Of a DNA stretch of 64,000 nt, positions 14,393 to 26,772 are shown in pieces. This stretch comes from Chrysomallon squamiferum (lineage: Eukaryota > Animalia > Mollusca), in contig CM022672.1 in NCBI GenBank assembly GCA_012295275.1, positions 25,854,001 through 25,918,000 of the forward strand. The letters run 5' to 3'. Numbering within the stretch: position 1 is the stretch's first letter; each line of letters starts with the position of its first letter. Under the pieces are notes generated by a model. The model searched no databases, was not told the DNA's origin, and saw only the letters and a list, made by a program, of their open reading frames with translations. Position numbers and translations under genes: made by a program.

Positions 14393-15099
14393 GCTGATTA
14401 TAATTTACGTCCACTAGAAGAAGAAAAAAGATATATTTATAATTATAATAATGAAATAAAGTTCAAACTAATAAAATAATAATAATAATAAAAAAACATA
14501 ATTTAAAAAATAATAAAATATAACAGTAATACAATATCATATAATGTCATCAGTTGGTTTATTAAAATATTTAAACATTTTATAGCTACTTTGATGTTAT
14601 TTTAGATGTGACTTATGAGTAAAAAATAAATTAAAATTGTTTTTCTCACTTTTAACAATAAAATAATAACTAGCTATATTTAAAACGTTCTAACCAAGGC
14701 ACTTAATATCTATAAATAATCAAAGTTGTAATTAATGTCAACGTAGGTATTAAGCTATTTCAAGCTATTTGTAAAGTGATGAAATGTTGAAACACTTGAA
14801 ACAGCTGTGTTAATGTTACGAGTTTTACTATATTTTCGTTTCTCTTTGTTTTATTAATAAAGTTTAGGATACCGTTAACTGAGATGATGATCTAAATAAA
14901 ACTGCTGTTGTTGCTTTATCGAATGTACATTTTTACAACATATCCGAGCTGTTTCCATATTTTGTTACTAAATTTAGTACTGAAGTTTCCCTATTACTAA
15001 TTATTAATTTCTATTTTTAACAGTGTTCTTAAATCATAATTCATATGTATTTTAAATCGACACAGTTTGATGTATAATTTAATTGTGCGTTTTCTGCTG

Positions 15100-15872
15100 A
15101 TAAAAATAATTTTTAAAATGAGTAAAGTCGTAACTACATGTCAGGATAACGTGATTTCATTCTTTCTAACTTTAACCCTGTCACTGATTGTGGATGTCCA
15201 TTCGCCATTTTAAAATGACAAAATACGTGGAGCTCTAAAGAAAATACGAAAGGGCATTTGACTGAAAATAGTAAATTATTAGCTTTTTAAAAAATAAACG
15301 AATTTACTCTCTATGAAATATGAAAATCCATTACCTCTCAACGCCACAAACTCATAAACAAATGGTAAAAAGAAATTACAGATGCTCCCAAACTTGTAAT
15401 CATAAACAAGAACTATAAACTATCTTCTAAAAATATCTCTTATTTAGAGTAAACGGGAGTCAGTTGAACCACTATTATAGGTGAAACAAATGTTACCGTT
15501 GATATCGGTATAACAGAAACTAATTATAAATACTGCTAATATATATTATATGCTATTTATAACGTTTTCTATGGTTAAAAATGTGGTTAAAGATGCTAAA
15601 ATTATGCCAGCCAAAAATAACAACAGTTTATATTATTATATTTTAACATTATGCATTTAATTGCAGTTATACCACTTTCAGGATAGGTGTAATTAGAAAA
15701 CAATCCAAAAATATAACTATTGCCTACTCTCTGGTGATTATTATTATTATTGTTATTGTTTTTTTTTTTTTTTTTTAAATCTATAAATACAGTAGTCTAG
15801 AAGAGAATTCTTAAAATATAAAAGTTAAAACAAATAGTTTTATAACAATAATAATTTATTTGTTTTAGAAGC

Positions 15873-15924
<52 letters not shown>

Positions 15925-16240
15925 CAGTCGACGTTACATATATTCAAAAAAGCACTTCTAAAAATATCGATCGGATTGTAGATACTAGTACGTCTATTCC
16001 AGACTTTTTACTCCGAATTATTGTTTAGTTCCTTCGTTTTATTAAATAAACAATATCAGGCAGTACCATTTAAGTACGAATTTCTCAAATATTCGTAAAT
16101 CAGTCTGGACTCTAGAATATCTTCTTAGCCAAAGATATGGTGTTGATGAAAATGTTAACAAGATGCGTATGAATCCACAAATGTTTCACTAGTCACGTGA
16201 TTTGTGTTTGTAAATATGTTCACGTGTCAGTTTTATGATA
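15100..16240 (-). promoter_or_regulatory. Probable PAIP2 promoter and non-coding first exon region
   Basis: The ATG exon begins with a splice acceptor, so an upstream exon is needed. CpG is locally retained. There is a candidate donor GAG|gtaatg at 15335/15334, a YY1-like CGCCATTTT near 15203, and E-boxes GTCACGTGA near 16192 and CACGTG near 16221. The TSS cannot be determined. Confidence 0.45.
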
Positions 16241-16281
16241 AATAGTACGATTATGTCCTTGTAGCTGGGGTATATTATTGG

Positions 16282-16648
16282 CAGTGGTGGATTAACTCTA
16301 TAAGCAAAATAAACACGTGCTTAGGGCATCTCAGAAATTTTTCATAGCCAAATTTAGCATTTAAATTATTAAATTAATTAAATTTATAGCCATTTTCAAA
16401 ATTTAATGAAAATGAATAAGTTGTGTTTATAAAGCGTTCTCTCCTGTGTGATCATGTTTATCCTGCAAAATAAAGTTCACTGTGCTCGCAGATTGGAAAT
16501 CATACAAGTTTTGAACAAGTCTAGTACGCGTTTGAAACAAATTTTATTTTATGGTTTATTACTGTTTATATTTTGAATTACAAATGTGTAGATGCACCAA
16601 ATGTTTTTAGTGTCTACAGCAGCCTCTAAGGGTTTTATTCCGGCCCTG
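16282..16648. mobile_element. Degenerate hAT-like MITE, about 367 bp
   Basis: Imperfect TIRs CAGTGGTGGATT (left) and CAGGGCCGGAAT (right, reverse complement). Flanks attattgg / attatgtg match at 6 of 8, consistent with a decayed 8-bp TSD. No ORF. Confidence 0.55.
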
Positions 16649-16727
16649 ATTATGTGTGTACATAGATTTATTAAACTTGAAAATATTTTCTTACATAACA
16701 ATGAATAAAAATGTAATAAAGAAATTT

Positions 16728-16776
<49 letters not shown>

Positions 16777-19700
16777 GGCCTGTGTTTAATAGGCTTATTG
16801 TGTTTTTGCCAAGTGTGAGGTGTAAACTGGCTTTCTTTCACAGTTTAATTTATTAGGTGACTGGATTAGACAAACGTACCTTTCAAGATGAAATGTTTTC
16901 CATTATAAAGAAAAACAAAATTAAACAATAAATGGGCAGAAAAATGTAGCCAAAATCTATTTTTATTTTATAGTGCCCATAGGTTATTATACACTTGTAT
17001 GGTTAATTTTTATTTTCCATTTTTTTCTGGGATATGATACATTGCATTTATATAAACTAGTATATAATTTTTTTTTATATAATTGTTTTAGGTCCTTGCA
17101 TATAATCTTGTTAAAATATTTTAAAGTTTTTTATGTTCTTTTAAATTATATTAGATTAATTGAAAAGGCTAAAAAATATTAAATATAAGTGCATTTTGCT
17201 TTATAAAAATTTTTTCTTTAAACAGTATATCTGAAGTTTTAAATAAAAAAGAGAAAATTTTAATTTATTATATCATATTAATTTAATTTTTTTTAACAAC
17301 ATTATCATAAACATCATCATTATTACTTCTTCTGAAACACTATTACAACTATTATTATTATTTTTATTAATTATTATTATTATTATTATTCCAAAAATCA
17401 TAGTAACTTGATTTGGTTATATTTTATTCATTTATTTAATTTTTTTTTTTTTTTTATTTTTTATTAATTCTTTCTTTATCAGTAAGAACATAAATTATAA
17501 TCATTTGTGTATATGAATTATATATGTATATAATACGCATGTATCTTAATTAAGAGTTATTCCCCTTAGTCCACTATTTCTACTTAATATTCTGTTGGAT
17601 ATTTGTAATACAGTATGCATATATAATTCATTTATTTTTACAGCTGCTATGCTGGAAGGTGTGAGTTAGACAAGGGATCATTAAATATTTTTTCTGTGCC
17701 ATATTCTCTGTGTCAGAATTATTGATAATGGGTTTAGATGTACAAAAAGCTAATTTTTGAGTGCATACAAATCTGAAAATACAAAAATAATCTTGAAGTG
17801 TACATAATTATCTATATAACAATACCATTGATTTATATTCTGTTTTTTTTTTTTTTTTTTTTTTTTTATCTTGGAGATGAGGCATGATTAACAATGAAAG
17901 GTTTTAATAATACAACAAACCCAAAACCAAATTTGCATTGTTTGTAAGCAGTTTAATTTTCAATTTGTGCTGTTTATATCATATAACTAGATAACTGCAG
18001 TAATGTTTATTTATTTAAAAAATACAGAAATTAGACACCATGCTTACACATTTCTTTGTGTTATGGCTAAAAATGAAATTATTTTATTTTAAATTTGAGA
18101 ATGTATGAAGGTAAATGTACTAATTATGTGTGATATACACACACTCACAGCATCTGTACAGATATATATTTGTATGTGTAATTAATGTGAATGCAAGTAC
18201 ATGAATATAATGTGACTGTGATTCTGTAAATCTATGTGTAGTTGTGCATATCAGTATATAAGAGAGATATATATAATCTATGTACATATCAGATACATAC
18301 ACAAAAATTCAAGAAGAGAGCAGTTATCTTAAAATCTGGATACATTGTTTTAGGTGATGCAAATCTAAAAATTTTTATGTAAAACAATGCACTTTATAAC
18401 AGGATGCGTTTGTTTATTCTTCATCTTTTTTGTTATGAAACATGAAACAGGATAAAATTCTTTATTTTGTTTCTCTTACATTTTAACTTTGAGAATACTG
18501 CAGATAATTTAATGATCTCTTTTGTAATTTTGTTTTTCCTTTTTCACAAATTAATGCATATTAAAACAAATTTGAATTTATTTTTATATTAATGGCCACA
18601 TTATTGACTATATTTAGTGATTTTTAGCTAAAATTAATCTTTAATGTGTACCCTTCCCATTGATAGGGGAAGAGGAAAATAAGTTGAAGGTTTCACAGTG
18701 GAGAAATGATCAAGACAGCCATTATTTTACAACAACAGAATTATTGTCAGTTTCTAATAAAAGAATGAAAAACAACAAGACAAGATTTCACAGTATTTAT
18801 TTATGTATCAAACTGTACACGTTGACTAGGAGTCTGAACAAAATGCAACAAAATCATGAAATGCAAATTAGCTGGACACATGGACAGCTCATGATTAAAG
18901 TAAATGAAGTAAATTATTGCTTATTATCTTCAAGGAAAAGTGAACAAATTTCACATCCTAAAGCTTACCATTATCAAACATTGTCATCTTTTTAACTAAC
19001 TATATTACTTATAATAGACATCATTTTAAAACTGATAATATAATTTTAAATGTTGTCATTTAAAAAAAAAAAAACGTGCTTTATCACACACCCACATGCA
19101 CATTCAGTCATACACAAGCATGTTAATTTAGATCAACTGATTTATCTCAAATGTAAAAGATTTCTTAAAAATTACTTTAAAAAAAAAAAAAAAAAAATCT
19201 AACAAGCAAGATATTTTCAGCCAAATACTACATTAATTACAAGGAAAAGAAGAAAAGAAAAAAAAAATGGCACAAAGAACTTTGATATTTCTGGTAGACT
19301 GGGACACAATATTCCAGAAAGTCAAAGAATACTTTATTATTATCAAAGCCTAATACCATTTGCTTGAAGAAATCTTTGTTAATCAACAAAGACACAGAAA
19401 TTATAATTCTCCATCATATTTTCAAAATTGATAACAAATGAAAGCTCACATTTATGAGTGTAAAAAAAAAAAAAAAAAAAAAACTTCATGAAAGTAATCC
19501 TAAAACTTATTATTTTTAAAAATTAAATGATGATAATAATATATGTAAAATGAAAATTGACTCCAAAAAAAGGTGCATATAAAATATATGTTTTAAAAAA
19601 AAATCAGAAATGCTATAAAGGCACCTTGTAGAACTATACATACTGCATAAAGGGTATTTATTTAATAGCCTTATACAAAATGCCATTGTTTTTGTTCTTT

Positions 19701-21378
19701 GCATTTTAAATGTTGCCTCTAGTAAGACCAGTACATCTGGTGCCTCTGTGAATGGAGCCAGCTATGGACTATTAGTGCACCAATAAATAACAAGTTTTTC
19801 ACACACTGGTCAAGCACATTATTGCTGGATTAAGGCACAGAAATGTTCCTAAACTGATTTTTACTAAATCTGTGTGTGCTGTCTCAAACTATTCCACAAT
19901 ATCTAAACATATTTCTGATTGGCTGTTTTTTTCAACAAGTAATAATCTTATTGGTTAACAATTTGTAAACAATTTCCATTTAGAATGAAATTTCTTATTG
20001 GTTGTTCTGTAAATAATTATCCAGCAGAACCTGTCATTGGCTTCTTGTATTTGACAAATCAGTTAAACTTCTCCTTTGGCACAATTTTGTTTGTGACACA
20101 ATTAAAGCACCTTTTCCATATAGGTAATTTTTCTAGGTATCTGTGCACATAATTTGCATTATGAAAATTTTTTTTTTTGTTTCTCTGATTTAATAATTTT
20201 ATAAAAAAAAATTAAATTTTCTTTAGTGTTTTCACCAATCTTAAGGTTTATTATGTTTATATATTTATTTTCTTACTAAATATTTTGTGTAATTTTTTTT
20301 TATACTGATTATATTTAACAAAATGTCATTAATGAATATTAATTTATTATATATTAAATCATTTCTAAAATGTAAAAGTATAAAAATGCATGCAAAATAA
20401 CCCCCCCAAAAAAATCCCAATAATAATAATTTTTTTAAATTATTTTTCTCTTAATTTTAAATTTTATTACTATTTTTTTTTTGATATTATCAGGAATATG
20501 TATTTTTCCGTCGTCAGATTATTAACCTTATACTTTAGACAGAAAAAAAACAAGTAGTGATTATGTACACCAGACCTTTATGGCAAGGTAGAAGACACTT
20601 TCCATGTTATAAGACAATTATATCTGTAACAAGATGATCACAAACACAAATGAAGCAGATTGGATATTTCATGTTTGATCAGACTCGAACATGCTTGTGA
20701 AATCTTCAAATAGGAAAGACTTATAATGACGACTTTTTCTTTGTCAAGATCTGTTAATAACATGACTTTTTTTCTTTTGTCAAGATCTGTTAATAATAAC
20801 CATCTGACTCAAAATGTCAGATGCTCAGTTCCACCATCTTGTTCAAAAGGTAAGGACTTTTGTTTTTAATCTGTTTTCTTAGATTTAGGAAATTCAGTTG
20901 AAGTCTCACACCTGCTTGCTTGAAAATGAAGGACTTACAATGATGTTCTGTTTTGATCTTTATCAACATTTGCCTTTTAATGTGTGAAGGTTACCAGATT
21001 TAGAAAAATTTAGACAAGGACTTGCTATGTTGTTTTTGTTAATTGCACTGAAATTCAGGAACTGAAACTGATTTCTGTCAAAGCTAAGTACTTACAATAC
21101 TGACTGTATTGTTGTTTTTAGTCAAAAATCTGCAATAATAACTGAAGTAAGACCTCAGTTTGATTATGAAATTATTTCTTGAACAAAAAGATTTGCTTGC
21201 TTTTTTTAAATCTATTATACCAAATCAAGTAAGATCTTAGTTTCTGTCTGAATGGCTGTTTAGAGCATAAAAGATTTATTTTGTTGCTGTTTTTAAAGTG
21301 TTTAGTTAATACCTCTGTGTATTGAGACTCTGAAAGAATCAAACACTGTAATGTGAACAAGTCAGGGAAAGTAAAACA

Positions 21379-22674
21379 TCAGCAGACTGACTCCTCTCCA
21401 CTCATTGCCATTAGTTTGAGATCTCGACTTTCCAGTTCCAGTGTCAGCTGTTCAACCTCAGCCTCCAACATTTTGTTTTTGCGAAACATCTGAACGTAGT
21501 TGAGCTGCAGCTGCTTCTGGTAGCGAATTACTTTGTTCTTCTCGTCCAGCCACTGCTCTCTGTCCTTTTCAAAAGCCAGCTGCATCTCCTGCACCCGTTT
21601 GTTCAGGAGAGATATTTCCTCCTGAAGGGAGGCTATTGTCCTGTCCTTCCCTGACACCAGAGTCTGTTTTTGTAACTGAGGATTAACCAGTTCCTCATCA
21701 CTGACAAAGTCACACTGCACTGAGATGTCTCTGAACTCTGGTTCCTCTGCAGACAGTCTACCCAATTCGTTTTTAAGACTTTTCAACTCTTCCGTTTTAG
21801 ACAGAATCTCTTTGAATTTTGATGAAATTTCTTTGTTTTTCTTTTCCATTTCATCATCATTGTTGTGCAGCTGAGTTCGGAGAGTGAGCACCTCTCTGTT
21901 TTTCAGACACACCTCCTCGTTGAGGTCTCTCACCTGCTGTCGTAGCTGCGTCATCTCATCAAGCTGTGGAGGAGGTGGTTTGCCGCTGTGAAAACTTGCC
22001 AGCTTCAAGCGTAAATCTTTAATCTCTTCCTCAAACGACTGGCACTGTTTCTGTGCAATGTCTTTTTCACACAGTACCTTGTCATATTCCTCTTTCAGTG
22101 TTTTCTTCTCCTGCTGCAGCTTGTAAACCTGCAGCGACAGAACCTGCTCAGTCTTGTACGACTTCCGCTGCTGAATTTTGAACTTTTTCTCATAGTCCTC
22201 TCTTATATCCTGAACGTCTCTCAGCCACGTTGACTTCTTCTCCTCGTACACTTGGAAAATGGCTCGTTCATTTCTGTCCATCACATCTCTGAGAGTGTTG
22301 ATCTCGGCATCCTTCTCTCTGAGCAGCACCTCCAGCTCCCCTACCCCGCTGTCACTAGGCGACGGGGTCTGCACGGGAAACACCTCCATGGTGGTAGAGA
22401 CACGACTCATATTTAGTGAAGGTAACGACTCCGGCCTATCCAAAGCCCTCGAAAAATCACTGGAGAAACTTGCTGATTTGTCACTGCCATCCTGATGTGA
22501 ACTGCTGTGAGATGAATTCATTCCATTTCCAGCCGTCTGACTGTAGTCATGTGACCCATACCCATCGTCCTGGTTGGACATTCGCCGGTGGGCACCTCGA
22601 GGTGGGCTAATTGACTTGGCCGCACCATTCACAGGCTTGAAGGCAATCGGTTTAATGATGTTCCTACCAGCATT
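21379..22674 (-). CDS. LZTS2: LZTS-family (leucine zipper putative tumour suppressor / Fez1 domain; LZTS1-3/N4BP3-like) terminal coding exon, 431 aa
   Basis: The 417-aa ORF extends 14 codons upstream to acceptor ttattttctag|AAT at 22674 (phase 0), giving NAGRNIIKPIAFKPV (family motif IRPTAFKPV). It has SPSDSGVGE, a long coiled coil and the Fez1 C-terminal signature EQWLDEKNKVIRYQKQLQLNYVQMFRKNKMLE. The symbol means family co-orthologue, not strict 1:1. Confidence 0.92.
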   Translation of the reverse strand, partial: NAGRNIIKPIAFKPVNGAAKSISPPRGAHRRMSNQDDGYGSHDYSQTAGNGMNSSHSSSHQDGSDKSASFSSDFSRALDRPESLPSLNMSRVSTTMEVFPVQTPSPSDSGVGELEVLLREKDAEINTLRDVMDRNERAIFQVYEEKKSTWLRDVQDIREDYEKKFKIQQRKSYKTEQVLSLQVYKLQQEKKTLKEEYDKVLCEKDIAQKQCQSFEEEIKDLRLKLASFHSGKPPPPQLDEMTQLRQQVRDLNEEVCLKNREVLTLRTQLHNNDDEMEKKNKEISSKFKEILSKTEELKSLKNELGRLSAEEPEFRDISVQCDFVSDEELVNPQLQKQTLVSGKDRTIASLQEEISLLNKRVQEMQLAFEKDREQWLDEKNKVIRYQKQLQLNYVQMFRKNKMLEAEVEQLTLELESRDLKLMAMSGEESVC

Positions 22675-25600
22675 CTAGAAAATAAGAAAACACAAGAAAA
22701 TTAACTACTTTTATAATTATCAAATAATCTAAATATGATGTGTGTAATTATTATAAAAATATTGTTTTGTATCTGCAGCATTATATGAAAATTTAGTGAA
22801 TATCAGAAATATAAAAGTATTTACTCTATATTTTCTAATATATATATAACACACACATAAAACACACATTAACTTGTTACCTGTAACATGATTAGAAACT
22901 CATCCATTACAGGTTTTCAAGAATTAATGACTAAATCAATTTTGAAGTTTTCTGATAAACTAAAATGCTGACAGTCTGACACAGATTCCAGCATGTAATT
23001 CTAACAATTATTAATGTTTGCTAACATACAACTTGTCTTACAACTAACATACATATTTTATGTACACTGTATCTCAAAGATAATCATACAAACAGGTGTC
23101 CATCATCACAAATATCACATTACACAGTTTAACAAAAATATCTATATACCACAACATTGTTTAAAAACTCTACAGACTGGTACAGTGTTCAAATATTAAC
23201 ATATCTATTCAAGAGTATACATTTCAAAAGATATTCCAGTGAAGCATAAACATAATTTGGTTATTAGCCTTTTTGTTTTGCTGTTTGATTTCATGCCATT
23301 AAAATTTGAATAATTATGTTAATAAGTCAGATAAAAAAATACATTTCACAAAGTGAAACAATATATCATACCTTTGCCGTAGTAACAAACACAATGTAAA
23401 TATCAAACACATGTAGACATGTATGTACAGAATTAACATGATATATGAAACAGTAATAGTATCCAGACACACAGGAGACAGTTCAAGTAGCCCCACCCCC
23501 ATAAATGAGGTCTCATTGAGGTCATATAAAAACACTTCAGTGTGACATACAGAATGTATTGTGTGTGTACACAAAAATGCTTGTATTTGGTATGTCCATG
23601 CTAAATTAATATTAATAATACTTTGAATATATTTTTGAGTTGTGTTTATGAAAACGTGTAGGCTTGTGTTTGTGTGATTTGAAACAACAACAACGATAAT
23701 AATAACAATAACAAGAAACAATAATAGTAACAATAGTAATAATAATAATAATAAAAACTGTAGAAAAATAGTACATACCATCAGACCAGAAGAAACAGAA
23801 GAATGCCAAAAAAGAGAGAGAGAAAGACAAATCAGGCAGTGAAAGACAAAAATGAAATGGGTTGGCATACAGGGAGAGGAAAGAAAAAAATGAAAGATAA
23901 AAAATGATATCCTTCAAATGGTGGTTTATTTATCTGGTTCAGCTTTAAGCCTGTTACCATGAGAACTGATTGTAACAAAACAAGTAGGTATTACAATGTA
24001 TCTGTTAATCAGGACTTGAAGTATGTTAAAAATGTTGATCAAAGAAAAACAGGTTGTTACACAGTATTACATTACACACTGTTATCTAACGTGTGATGTC
24101 AGTCCATAACGTCATTGTTTAATAAACTGATAAAGTTGACAGTTAGATATAAGTAAAGAGATAGCGAAGGGATTATATTCATTCTTAAATAACAGCAACA
24201 ACTGAAGTATATCAGTAAGAGTCTTGTACATAATTGTTGCTGACTAAATCTTTAAAATAGTATCAAATATAATTCTGAATCCTAGATACAGAGATAACAA
24301 AAGATTTATAAGGACTTCAACAATAAAAATAACAATGATGTTGCTATTATTGATATTACTGTTACTACTACTACTACAGCTATTACTATCACTACGATGA
24401 CATTGCACTAATTACTACTACTACTACAACTGCAGTTGCTATTGCTACAGCCATTAGTTTCACTATTATGCAACTACCACTGATATAATAACAATAATAT
24501 GCCACCATTAACATTATTACTGTTATTATCAACCTTTACTGTCTTTAATATTTATTAGTGATCATAATTATAACAGTAAATTTAGTAATAGTGCTAGTAG
24601 TAATAGTAAATAAAATAAAAATAAAATAAATAAATAAACAAATACAAAAAAACAACAACAATAATACAAAAAAAATAAATAATACAAAATCAAAACCTAA
24701 ACTACATAGGAATATAAAATAAAAAATTAAACATCAGTAATAAAGTAAAAGGAAAGAAAAATTAACGAGGTTTAATATTAAGTGACACATCTCAACATGC
24801 TGTGGTTTTAACAGATTGTCATGTGATGTTGAAAAGAAAGAACAAGAGAGACAAACCCAAGATAATGAGGCGAGTTTAGAAACTCCCAAATTTAATCAGT
24901 TTTATCTTTAAGTATTTTGTACTCATTAGAAACCAGTAATAGTGTTATTATTTTTATTATTTTCTGAGTATTGTTACAGTTACATAAATTATTATTATTA
25001 CTGTTACTGTTATGATCATCATCTCTTGTTGTTGTTGTTGTTGATGATGATACTTAATATTATGTTTATTTAAATTCCTGATTAACCAATTAATTTTTTC
25101 ATATCAAATATTCAGATATTTTGAGAACTTCTAACAAAATAATGAGTTGTTGTGTCCTTATGAGAAATAAAATAAATTAAATAATACAAAAAATATTTAT
25201 AAAACAAAATCAAACTGGAAGTGACTAATGATGATTCATTGAACCGTGTCAAGGGATGACGTTCACAGGTGACCTAACACAAGACAATGATAAGTTATCA
25301 ATCACAAATCTAAACAACAGGTGTGTCACACTAGATAATCCTCTCTCAGGTGTAACAGGTAGACATACTGTAGGTTACCTGATCTCAAATGTAAGTCAGA
25401 ACAAAAATAAATCATTTCACAGCTGAATTATTACTCTTTTTAAATTTAAATATGTATCATTTTATTTTAATGGATATGAAACGTTCCATATGTCTGGTAA
25501 ATATTTTTTTGGGTGAGTCTTTTGTTTGTGTTTTGGTATCAATATACAATTTTAATCCAACCAAGTATAAATATGTAACTGTATGGAATTTAAAGAAAAA

Positions 25601-25709
25601 TAAATGTATGAATATGATTACATGACTTTAAAATTTTATTATAAAGAAACTCACATTCTGTCTATGATAAAAATGCACCAGTGAAAACTCCTTGTCTCTC
25701 AGTATGCAG

Positions 25710-26205
25710 CCACAAATTTCAGCCATTAAAGACATCTTATAGGTGGCAATTTAGTGTCAGATTTCAGCCTATATATTCATCTTTTAGGTGACACTATATC
25801 GTGTCAGATTTCAGTAAATAAATTCATCTTGTAGGTGACAATTAACTGTCACATTTCAGCAAATAAATTCATCTTGTAGGTGAATGTATATTGTCAAATT
25901 TCAGCAAATAAATTCATCTTGTAGGTGACAATGTATAAACTCAGATTTCAGTAAATAAGTTCATCTTGTAGGTGACAATGTATACACTCAGATTTCAGTA
26001 AATAAATTCATCTTGTAGGTGACAATGTATACAGTCAGATTTCAGTAAATAAGTTCATCTTGTAGTGACAATGTATACAGTCAGATTTCAGTAAATAAGT
26101 TCATCTTGTAGGTGACAATGTATACAGTCAGATTTCAGTAAATAAGTTCATCTTGTAGGTGACAATATATACCATCAGATTTCAGCAAATAAGTTCATCT
26201 TGCAA
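25710..26205. repeat. 47-bp minisatellite, about 10 copies
   Basis: Unit TCAGATTTCAGTAAATAAGTTCATCTTGTAGGTGACAATGTATACAG, with unit starts at 25941 and 25988. More diverged on the left. Confidence 0.95.
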
Positions 26206-26735
26206 GTGCCAGTAAACAGTATCATCCTGAGGCAGACAAGATTATCCTTCAGGTGTCAACCTATTCAGATCCTGACAGAGATAATCCTAAAATCGACACA
26301 GAGACTTTGAACAAAAATCAACAACAACAATTAAAAGCTGCACAGTGCTGATATTGAAACTTTACTAGAGAATTTGTCAGAGCAAAACTTAGAGAGGGAG
26401 GAATAATAATATGCTGCTAATAGTGATTTGATCATGGAGTGATGATGAAAACTGTGTGGTATGTTAGTCATGACAATGTGTTGATATGATCTGCCTGTCA
26501 AGATTGGAGTTTCAGGTGACAGCAGCTTCAGGGGTTGACTCATTTCTGTCAGTTCATTTGTCTGTCTGTTACAATACACACTGATAACACCACAGTGTCA
26601 GCGTAGTGTTATGTAGAGAGAAGGAGGTGGATGATGTCCACGTAACAATAATGACAAAAATAAAAGCAACTACAACAGCAATGTGAAGAACAAGAATAAT
26701 AATATATTACATAATACAGAACCATTCACTCACTA

Positions 26736-26772
<37 letters not shown>

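Noticed and set aside
18660-18995. 111-aa plus-strand ORF, and similar non-repetitive ORFs at 29230, 31257, 52240 and 62202
   Set aside because: They show no recognisable motif, have background AT composition, and lack coherent splice structure.
22259-22610. Plus-strand ORFs 22259..22495 and 22416..22610 (likewise 45489..45695, and the alternative-frame 45078..45266)
   Set aside because: They are shadow frames of GC-richer LZTS exons.
22630-22632. GTG start assigned to the 417-aa ORF
   Set aside because: It is an internal Val. The frame stays open to the splice acceptor at 22674 and includes the conserved IKPIAFKPV motif.
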